A stretch of DNA of 64,000 nucleotides from a virus: positions 32,001 through 96,000 of IMG/VR virus record IMGVR_UViG_3300030118_001869; one strand, written 5' to 3'. The notes under the pieces are model-generated. The model did no database searches. It was not told the origin of the DNA and worked only from the letters and a program-made list of their open reading frames with translations. Position numbers and translations under genes: made by a program. Each line of letters starts with the position of its first letter. The first letter of the stretch is position 1. This document shows positions 56,400-64,000 of the stretch, one piece after another.

Positions 56400-56697
56400 A
56401 TATTTAAATGCTCTAAAAAATATAGATGAGATATATGATGGTATCAAAAATGATCTTTTTAAAAAAGAGTATGTAGAAAAAATTGCTGAGTCTAGAATTA
56501 AAATATGTGAAACATGCAAGGAATATGATACAAAAGGTAGCAAATGTCTTGTTCCTGGCACACAACCATGTTGTACTTTGTGTGGATGTTCTATGCATTG
56601 GAAGTCAAGATCTATGGCATCAGAGTGTCCAGCAGGTAAATGGGAACAATTACTAACTCCTTTAGAAGAGGAAAAATTAATAAATAATGAAGATTAA
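56386..56697 (+). CDS. Cys-rich metal-binding protein
   Basis: Eight Cys: ICETC, C, CC.LCGC, CP.GKW. Confidence 0.7.
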   Translation: MPISKYLNALKNIDEIYDGIKNDLFKKEYVEKIAESRIKICETCKEYDTKGSKCLVPGTQPCCTLCGCSMHWKSRSMASECPAGKWEQLLTPLEEEKLINNED

Positions 56698-56777
56698 TTA
56701 TATATACAAAGATGTTACAATCACGTATACTAGTAACCAACAAAATGGTATATGGTATACTACAATAAGTTAATAAG

Positions 56778-57590
56778 ATGGCAATAATATTTAAAGAAGA
56801 AGGTCATGTCTATGAAAGCACAGATACTGATAAAATAAAGTGGACTAGTGTTACTTCATTCATAGGTATGTTCAAACCAAAGTTTGATGCAAAAGCACAA
56901 GCTAAAAAATCTTCTAAAAACAAACGTTCTAAGTGGTATGGTATGACTGAAAAAGAAATACTAGAAGCTTGGAAGAATGAAACAGATAGAGCTATTAAGC
57001 TTGGTAACTTTTATCATAATCAAAGAGAAGCTGATATGATAGAGTTTGACACTATAACTAGATATGGATGCACACTACCTATATTCAGACCAGAGTTTGA
57101 TGATAAAGGTGGCAAGATTGCACCAGAACAAAAGTTAGATAGTGGTATTTATCCAGAGTTATTAGTATATTTAAAATCAGCAGGGCTATGTGGTCAGGCT
57201 GATTTAGTTGAGATTGTAAATGGGTATATTAATATTACAGATTACAAGACTAATAAAGAGATAAAAGAGAAAGGTTTTACTAACTGGGAGGGTATAACAA
57301 GTAAAATGTATAATCCTGTAAGTCATTTAGATGATTGTAATTTGAATCATTATAACTTACAATTGAGTATTTATGCGTATATTATTAAAAAGCACAACCC
57401 TAAACTTAGAGTTGGTAATCTTAAAATCCAACATGTAAAATTTAAACAAGTTGGTACAGATTCAAACGGGTATCCTATTAATGAACATGTAGATGGAGAA
57501 CCGGTTATTGAAGATATAAAAATGTATAACCTGCCATATCTTAAGGATGAAGTAATTCAACTTATTAAATGGCTAAAACAAAATAAGTAA
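56778..57590 (+). CDS. PD-(D/E)xK nuclease
   Basis: H.Y, SVT, G...H, PE, GQADL...DYKTN and YNLQLSIY. Confidence 0.8.
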   Translation: MAIIFKEEGHVYESTDTDKIKWTSVTSFIGMFKPKFDAKAQAKKSSKNKRSKWYGMTEKEILEAWKNETDRAIKLGNFYHNQREADMIEFDTITRYGCTLPIFRPEFDDKGGKIAPEQKLDSGIYPELLVYLKSAGLCGQADLVEIVNGYINITDYKTNKEIKEKGFTNWEGITSKMYNPVSHLDDCNLNHYNLQLSIYAYIIKKHNPKLRVGNLKIQHVKFKQVGTDSNGYPINEHVDGEPVIEDIKMYNLPYLKDEVIQLIKWLKQNK

Positions 57591-58216
57591 TGCCTAAAAC
57601 AACATTAATATTAGTAGTACCAAATTTAGATGGATCTCCAAGTAGTACTAAATCAAGATATAAGTTTACACCAGAATCACAAATTACTTTTCATAGTGAA
57701 TTAATTAATGCTATTGCACCATATTTTAATCCTATATTAAAAGAATTTAGTAACACATATACCATAGTAAGCATTGCAGGTCATGAACCTTTTGTTGTAA
57801 AGGCATCTATGTCTGCACTGCAAGCTATAATGGAAAATAAACCTTATGCACCAGTATCTGACGGTTCAGGAGGTTCAACTTCTGGTGGTTCTGGTTTTAG
57901 TGGATCTGGTACTGGTGGAAGTGGAAGCACTGCTTATACTTCAACAACGCAACAAACATTTAATTCTGCATGTTTGGGTACGGCTAATCAAACATATTAT
58001 CACAATGGAAGTGGTACTTTACCAGCAGCTGGTAATCAAGTATTTTCAGACTCAGCAAAAACTACATTATTAAATGATGGTTACTACGGTATTGATCCAA
58101 CTGGAACAGCTCCACAAAAAATAATTAGAGTTTCTGCTGGTTATGTAGTTACAGGTTGGCCACTGGATTGTTTAGAGCATCAAATAGATTATCCAACTAA
58201 TGACCCAATAGAATAA
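57590..58216 (+). CDS. Two-domain protein with Gly/Ser linker
   Basis: GSGGSTSGGSGFSGSGTGGSGS linker and a beta-rich C-terminal domain with two Cys. Confidence 0.7.
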   Translation: MPKTTLILVVPNLDGSPSSTKSRYKFTPESQITFHSELINAIAPYFNPILKEFSNTYTIVSIAGHEPFVVKASMSALQAIMENKPYAPVSDGSGGSTSGGSGFSGSGTGGSGSTAYTSTTQQTFNSACLGTANQTYYHNGSGTLPAAGNQVFSDSAKTTLLNDGYYGIDPTGTAPQKIIRVSAGYVVTGWPLDCLEHQIDYPTNDPIE

Positions 58217-58365
58217 TGTTAACACGTTGGGAAATTCATACAGGTCTTGTACCAGGAATAGTTTTTGGATACAGAGCATACAAAAATGATGATATATGTA
58301 CTATAGAGCATGTATTTTACTTAGGTGTTATAGATATATGTTTAACTTTATACTATGATTGTTAG
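58216..58365 (+). CDS. Small hydrophobic beta-rich protein (49 aa)
   Basis: TAATG coupling. MLTRWEIHTGLVPGIVFGY...FYLGVIDICLTLYYDC. Confidence 0.5.
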   Translation: MLTRWEIHTGLVPGIVFGYRAYKNDDICTIEHVFYLGVIDICLTLYYDC

Positions 58366-58873
58366 ATTATTTGACATACAAAATGGAAAAGCAGTGCCTA
58401 CTGAGCATTGCTATACACTAAAGTTTCTGAAAGATATTATGGAGACATATCCTGATACATACATGCAAGTGTATCAATATTTGTTTTATATGGCTTGCCC
58501 TAATCCTGATCTCAATCCTTTCTTTAATTTACCAGAGCATGAGAAAGAAGATATAATTATAGAAGAAATAGGATTAGAAGAATCTACTGAAGATTCTAAA
58601 ATTAGGTATTCTTTAGAAATGTGTAATAAACTCTATGAAACACCTACCTATAGAGCTTATGTAGGTATTAAAAGCATGCTAGATAGACTTGCTAAGTATA
58701 TGGAAACAACACAGATAGAGCATGGTAGAGATGGAAATATTAACTCAATGGTAAATGCAGCTGCTAAGTTTGAACAAATTAGACAGTCTTACAAAGGTGC
58801 ATTTACTGATATGAAATCTGAGCAAGAAAGCTCTGTCCGTGGTGGTCAGGGACTTGCTTATGATCAAATGTAA
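58355..58873 (+). CDS. Conserved-looking protein upstream of TerL (candidate small terminase)
   Basis: Helical, NPF.NLPE motif and C-terminal VRGG. The call is positional. Confidence 0.5.
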   Translation: MIVRLFDIQNGKAVPTEHCYTLKFLKDIMETYPDTYMQVYQYLFYMACPNPDLNPFFNLPEHEKEDIIIEEIGLEESTEDSKIRYSLEMCNKLYETPTYRAYVGIKSMLDRLAKYMETTQIEHGRDGNINSMVNAAAKFEQIRQSYKGAFTDMKSEQESSVRGGQGLAYDQM

Positions 58874-58888
58874 ACTTAAATTTAAATT

Positions 58889-59170
58889 ATGAAAACCAAA
58901 GTAATCCCAGTAGGTAAGAGAGTTCTTATCAAAAAGAAAGATGCAGATGCATACTTTCCAGGCACTAAAATTTTAATACCAGAAAATCAAAGACAAGATG
59001 AACTAAAAGGCTATGTTATAGCAATAGGTAAAGAAGTTGATGAGGTTCAAGTAGGTGATCTAGTACAATACGCAGATTATGCACTGCCAACTAAAATGAA
59101 ACACGAAGGAGAAGATCATTTGCTTATAGCAGCAGGTGATATATTTGCAGTTTTAGTAGATGAAAAATAG
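58889..59170 (+). CDS. groES: Co-chaperonin GroES-like protein
   Basis: PVGKRVLIK, ILIP, G.VIAIG, VQVGDLV.Y and DIFAV. Confidence 0.85.
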   Translation: MKTKVIPVGKRVLIKKKDADAYFPGTKILIPENQRQDELKGYVIAIGKEVDEVQVGDLVQYADYALPTKMKHEGEDHLLIAAGDIFAVLVDEK

Positions 59171-61347
59171 TGCATAATATCCCAACATATGATAATAGTC
59201 AATGGACAACAACAGAGTTTAGTTCTGATGAAGAACTAGCAAAGTTTATTTTATCAATATTTAAAGAGCCAGGTGAATATGAATTTGATGAGACATCTTT
59301 TATATTTAATTCTGAGGCACGTAGATTTAACAAAGATGGATTTTATTGTGGGTCACCATTTAGATCTAAAGACTTCATGGCATATTGGGATGATCAAAAA
59401 AATAAATGTAGAAAAGGTGTTATATATAAAGTTAAAGATAAGACATGGTACATAACTAGAGATTATTACATGTGGCTAAACTTTCTACCTATTTATGATA
59501 AAGAAGAAAAGAAGTATGGTTTTGCTAAAGTTAGAGATGCACAATATCATATGGCACTATATGAAATACTTGCTGAATTAAATAATAAGCATTGTGCAAT
59601 ATTAAAGAAACGTCAGATAGCTTCATCATATTTTCACATGGCTAAGATTCTTAATACCTATTGGTTTGAGGAAGGATCTGTATGTAAGATAGGTGCATCT
59701 TTAAAAGATTATATAAATGATAAAGGATCCTGGAAGTTTTTAGATGAATACAAAACATTTCTAAATGAGCACACTGCTTGGTATAGACCCTGCACACCAG
59801 AAAAAGTTTTATTATGGGAACAAAAGATAGAAGTTAGAGTAAATAACAGAAAAACAGCAAGAGGTCTAAAATCTAAGATACAAGGTGCATCATTTGAAAA
59901 GAATGCAACAACAGGTGTTGGTGGTCCTACTACATACTTCTTTCATGAAGAGGCTGGGATTGCACCTAAGATGATGGATACTTATGAATATCTTAGACCT
60001 GCAATGTCTTCAGGTATGATGACAACAGGTATGTTTATTGCAGCAGGATCAGTCGGAGACTTAGAACAATGTAATCCTCTAAAAGAGATGATACTTAATC
60101 CTACAGTCAATGATATATATGCTGTAGAAACTAATTTAATGGACGCTGACGGCACTTCTGGCCTAGCAGGTCTGTTTATACCAGAGCAGTGGTCAATGCC
60201 GCCTTACATTGATGATTTTGGAAACAGTAAAATAGATGAAGCTTTGGAATCAATTACTCTAGAGAGAAAAAAATGGAAGAATGAACTAACTCCAGAACAG
60301 TATCAGCTTAGGATATCACAGAAGCCTATGAATATTGCTGAGGCATTTGCTTATAGAAAACAATCTATATTTCCACAAGGTATACTACAAAAGCAAATGA
60401 GAAAAATTTTAGACAAAGATTACAGCTATGAACATATAGAACTAGAGAGAGAACAAGAAGGAATAGTTGCTAAAAGAAGTAACAGATTACCTATAAGCAA
60501 GTTTCCTGTAGATAAAAAGTCTAGCAATAAAGAAGGTGTATTAGTTGTATGGGAAAGACCAGTAAAAAATCCTGAGTTTGGTATGTACTATGCTTCTGTT
60601 GACCCTGTGTCAGAAGGTAAAACTACAACATCTGATTCTTTGTGTAGTATTTTTGTTTATAAGAATCCTGTTGAAATAAGAAGAGAAACTCCTGATGGTA
60701 TAGAAACAATAATAGAAAAGGATAAGATAGTTGCTGCATGGTGTGGTAGATATGATGATATAAACAAAACACATGATCAATTAGAAAAAATAGTAGAATG
60801 GTATAAAGCTTGGACTGTAGTAGAGAATAACATATCATTATTTATTCAGCATATGATTGCTAGAAGGAAACAAAAGTTTCTAGTTCCTAAGCAGCAGATA
60901 TTATTTTTAAAAGATCTTGGCTCAAATAGAACAGTATATCAAGAGTATGGTTGGAAGAATACAGGAACTCTTTTTAAGAATCACTTGATATCATATGCAA
61001 TAGAATTTATTAGAGAGCAAATAGATGAAGAGACAGATATAAACGGATCTGTAATAAGTCAAACATTAGGCGTTGAACGTATACCTGATCCTATGCTTTT
61101 AAAAGAAATGTTAGCATACTATCCTGGATTGAACGTGGATAGACTAGTTGCATTCTCTGCATTAATAGCTTTTGCTAAGGTGCAACAATCTAACAGAGGA
61201 TACCTTAAAAGGAGTGAATCAACATCAAAATCCTTGGATAATCAAGAAAATTTGTATAAATTAAAGTATAGTGCGTTTAGAAATATAGGACGCAATAAAG
61301 GCATAGGAAGAACCAAGAAAAGATCAGGATTTAAAAATATAAGATAG
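59170..61347 (+). CDS. terL: Terminase large subunit
   Basis: Walker A LKKRQIASS, Walker B FFHEEAG, nuclease motifs SVDP, ENN and NVDR. Confidence 0.9.
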   Translation: MHNIPTYDNSQWTTTEFSSDEELAKFILSIFKEPGEYEFDETSFIFNSEARRFNKDGFYCGSPFRSKDFMAYWDDQKNKCRKGVIYKVKDKTWYITRDYYMWLNFLPIYDKEEKKYGFAKVRDAQYHMALYEILAELNNKHCAILKKRQIASSYFHMAKILNTYWFEEGSVCKIGASLKDYINDKGSWKFLDEYKTFLNEHTAWYRPCTPEKVLLWEQKIEVRVNNRKTARGLKSKIQGASFEKNATTGVGGPTTYFFHEEAGIAPKMMDTYEYLRPAMSSGMMTTGMFIAAGSVGDLEQCNPLKEMILNPTVNDIYAVETNLMDADGTSGLAGLFIPEQWSMPPYIDDFGNSKIDEALESITLERKKWKNELTPEQYQLRISQKPMNIAEAFAYRKQSIFPQGILQKQMRKILDKDYSYEHIELEREQEGIVAKRSNRLPISKFPVDKKSSNKEGVLVVWERPVKNPEFGMYYASVDPVSEGKTTTSDSLCSIFVYKNPVEIRRETPDGIETIIEKDKIVAAWCGRYDDINKTHDQLEKIVEWYKAWTVVENNISLFIQHMIARRKQKFLVPKQQILFLKDLGSNRTVYQEYGWKNTGTLFKNHLISYAIEFIREQIDEETDINGSVISQTLGVERIPDPMLLKEMLAYYPGLNVDRLVAFSALIAFAKVQQSNRGYLKRSESTSKSLDNQENLYKLKYSAFRNIGRNKGIGRTKKRSGFKNIR

Positions 61348-61348
61348 C

Positions 61349-64000
61349 ATGAGAGTATTTAATGCAATGCAACTCAAGGCAGGAGCCAAGAAAGAAGGTG
61401 GACATGTATCCTCTTCCCTGACACAACCCATACAGTTTTTACCAGCTAAGAAGAAAGATGATGATTGGTCAGCATGGAACTTAGATTGGTTAGAATTACA
61501 GGGTATGGAGTTCTTACGTAGAAATGCCAGAAAGCTTTTAAAAAACTATAAACTTGCAAAAGGTATTATAGATAAAAAAGATTACATTGTTGAAGAAGAC
61601 AATGATCACAAAGACTTAATGGATGTACTGACAAAAGAAGATGAGTCAGCATTAGAACTTAAATTTTATCCAATTATTCCAAATGTTATTAATGTTTTAA
61701 GCGGTGAGTTCTCAAAGAGATTCTCTAAAGTGCAATTCAGAGCTGTTGATGATACATCATACAATGAGATGTTAGAATCTAAAAGAGCATTAGTAGAGGA
61801 AAACTTACTAGCCGATGCATCAAAGAAACAATTACTTAAGATGCTTGAGATGGGATTAGATCCTGAATCAGATGAAGCTAAACAAATAATGGATCCTTCA
61901 AAAATCAAATCACTACCTGAGATAGAAGACTTTTTTAGCAAGAGCTACAGAAGTATGGTAGAAGAATGGGCTACTCACCAAATGAATGTAGATGTTGAAA
62001 GATTCAAGATACAAGAATTAGAGGAAAGAGCTTTCCGTGATATGTTAATTGCAGATAGAGAGTTCTGGCATTTTAGAATGATGGAAGATGATTATGATGT
62101 AGAGCTGTGGAATCCTGTATTAACATTCTATCAAAAATCTCCTGAGACAAGATATATATCTGATTCTAACTATTGTGGTAAGATGGATCTTATGACTGTT
62201 GCTGATGTAATAGATAAGTATGGCTACTTAATGAATGAGAAGCAACTTAAATCTTTAAACAAGATATACCCAGCTAGATCTAGTATGTATCAAGTTAACG
62301 GCTATCAGAATGATGGAGCATACTATGATGCTACCAGATCACATGCATGGAATACTAACAGTCCAAGTTTAGGATATAGAAGATATGTAAGTAATTGGTC
62401 AGATGATCCAGCCAGGGGCGGGGACATAGTAAGTGCTATTCTTAATGAGGGAGAGGATGTATTGCAATGGGGAGAAGGTGATTTAATGCGTGTAACCACT
62501 GTCTACTGGAAAACGCAAAGGATGGTTGGACATCTTACCTGTATAAAAGAAGATGGGCAAGTAATGCAAGAAATAGTAGATGAAACATTTAAGGTTACTA
62601 TGAAACCTATGTATGATACATCACTAATCAAAAACAAATCAAAAGAAAATTTATTGTATGGTGAGCATGTAGACTACATCTGGATCAATGAAGTTTGGGG
62701 TGGTGTTAAAATAGGACCTAACTCACCAACAGGATGGCGTTCTGAGATGGGTAATAATGTAGATCCAATATATTTAGGGATAGATAGAAAAAAACCTGGT
62801 AGAATACCTTTTCAATTTAAAGGAGAAAAAACATTATATGGTTGTAAACTACCTGTAGAGGGTAGAGTGTTTTCAGATAGAAACACAAGGTCTACATCTT
62901 TAGTAGATTTGATGAAAGCTTATCAAGTTGGTTATAACATGGTAAATAATCAAATAGCAGATATATTAGTTGATGAGCTAGGAACAGTCATTATGTTTGA
63001 TCAAAATGCCTTACCACGTCATGGTATGGGTGAAGACTGGGGAAAAAATAATTATGCTAAAGCGTATGTAGCAATGAAAGATTTTCAAATGTTACCGTTA
63101 GATACCTCAATTACTAACACAGAAAACGCAACTAACTTCAATCACTATCAAACTCTAAATATGGAGCAAACTAGTAGATTGATGTCAAGGATACAATTAG
63201 CAAATTATTTTAAGTCTCAAGCATTTGAGGCTATTGGAATCAACCCACAAAGACTTGGAGGTCCAGTAGCGCAGCAAACAGCTACTGGTGTTACTCAAGC
63301 ACTACAGCAATCATACTCTCAAACTGAAACATACTTCATTAATCATTCAGATAATCTTATGCCAAGAGTACACAAAATGAGAACTGATTTAGCTCAGTAT
63401 TATTACAGTAACACTCCAAGTTTAAGGTTGCAATATATTTCAACAGCAGCTGATAAAGTTAATTTTACTATCAATGGTACAGAACTATTGATGAGAGACT
63501 TTAATATTTTTGCTACAACTAGAACAAATCACAGACAAATTCTTGATCAACTAAAACAAATGGCTCTAACTAATAATACTACAGGGGCTAGTATATATGA
63601 TCTTGGTAATATATTAAAAGCAGATTCTATTGCTGAAGTCACTGATATACTAAAAGATTCAGAAGCTAAGACACAGGCAATGAAGCAGCAAGAAATGCAA
63701 CAGCAAAGAGAGATGCAACAAAAACAAATTGAATCTCAAGCTGAAGAGAATAAACTTAAGTTAGAATTCCAAGCAGGAGAAGCTGCAAAAGATAGACAAA
63801 AAGATATTACTGTTGCTGAAATTAGATCTGCAGGATACGGATCCATGGTAGATTTAGATAAAAATCAACAGTCAGATTACCAAGATGCACTAAAAGATAT
63901 ACAACAAACTTCACAATACAGAGAGCAGATGACTATGAAGCGTGAGCAGAATGCACAAAAAAATGCACAGGCTCAGGCTAAGTTACAAATAGACAGAGAA
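61349..64000 (+). CDS. Portal protein (3'-truncated)
   Basis: Missing from the ORF track, consistent with having no stop in the window. Starts MRVFNAMQL..., contains ELKFYPIIPNVINVLSGEFSKR and a Gln/Glu-rich coiled-coil end. Lies directly after terL. Confidence 0.85.
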   Translation, partial: MRVFNAMQLKAGAKKEGGHVSSSLTQPIQFLPAKKKDDDWSAWNLDWLELQGMEFLRRNARKLLKNYKLAKGIIDKKDYIVEEDNDHKDLMDVLTKEDESALELKFYPIIPNVINVLSGEFSKRFSKVQFRAVDDTSYNEMLESKRALVEENLLADASKKQLLKMLEMGLDPESDEAKQIMDPSKIKSLPEIEDFFSKSYRSMVEEWATHQMNVDVERFKIQELEERAFRDMLIADREFWHFRMMEDDYDVELWNPVLTFYQKSPETRYISDSNYCGKMDLMTVADVIDKYGYLMNEKQLKSLNKIYPARSSMYQVNGYQNDGAYYDATRSHAWNTNSPSLGYRRYVSNWSDDPARGGDIVSAILNEGEDVLQWGEGDLMRVTTVYWKTQRMVGHLTCIKEDGQVMQEIVDETFKVTMKPMYDTSLIKNKSKENLLYGEHVDYIWINEVWGGVKIGPNSPTGWRSEMGNNVDPIYLGIDRKKPGRIPFQFKGEKTLYGCKLPVEGRVFSDRNTRSTSLVDLMKAYQVGYNMVNNQIADILVDELGTVIMFDQNALPRHGMGEDWGKNNYAKAYVAMKDFQMLPLDTSITNTENATNFNHYQTLNMEQTSRLMSRIQLANYFKSQAFEAIGINPQRLGGPVAQQTATGVTQALQQSYSQTETYFINHSDNLMPRVHKMRTDLAQYYYSNTPSLRLQYISTAADKVNFTINGTELLMRDFNIFATTRTNHRQILDQLKQMALTNNTTGASIYDLGNILKADSIAEVTDILKDSEAKTQAMKQQEMQQQREMQQKQIESQAEENKLKLEFQAGEAAKDRQKDITVAEIRSAGYGSMVDLDKNQQSDYQDALKDIQQTSQYREQMTMKREQNAQKNAQAQAKLQIDRE

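Noticed and set aside
16909-61347. Introns or inteins in nrdA, polB, helicases or terL
   Set aside because: The ORFs are continuous and of compact length, with no intein terminal motifs. The HNH gene is free-standing.
1-64000. Stop-codon reassignment (TAG/TGA), known in some crAss-like phages
   Set aside because: Core genes are full length in the standard code, and TAG/TGA end genes at tight junctions (e.g. groES, terL).

Overview
AT-rich, densely coded segment of a crAss-like (Crassvirales-type) podophage genome in the standard genetic code. The host is most likely a Bacteroidota/Flavobacteriia cell, judged from TAnnTTTG promoters, A-rich translation starts without Shine-Dalgarno sites and a short class Ia RNR. 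Both ends cut genes. Layout: (1) 1-14228 (+): end of the virion-cargo block, with a >2840-aa virion RNA polymerase (zincin HExxH plus DFDID active site) and a 1896-aa partner. (2) 14341-19824 (-): nrdB, nrdA and a four-gene cell-envelope cassette (beta-barrel, TM/coiled-coil, Cys-less thioredoxin fold, lipoprotein). (3) 19942-26713 (+): late cluster of small Lys-rich proteins, holins and three tail proteins sharing an N-terminal domain. (4) 26835-52778 (-): early/middle block with PolB, primase, DnaB-like and SF2 helicases, SSB-like protein, Sak4-like ATPase, UDG, several nucleases, a MoxR-AAA/vWA-zincin module and exported proteins. (5) 52940-64000 (+): late block with amidase, HU/IHF, GroES, TerL and portal. 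Three promoter-like motif classes and several structured intergenic elements are visible. I saw no tRNA, rRNA, CRISPR array, integrase, intron or intein. Family names come from recognising motifs by eye, not from database searches.
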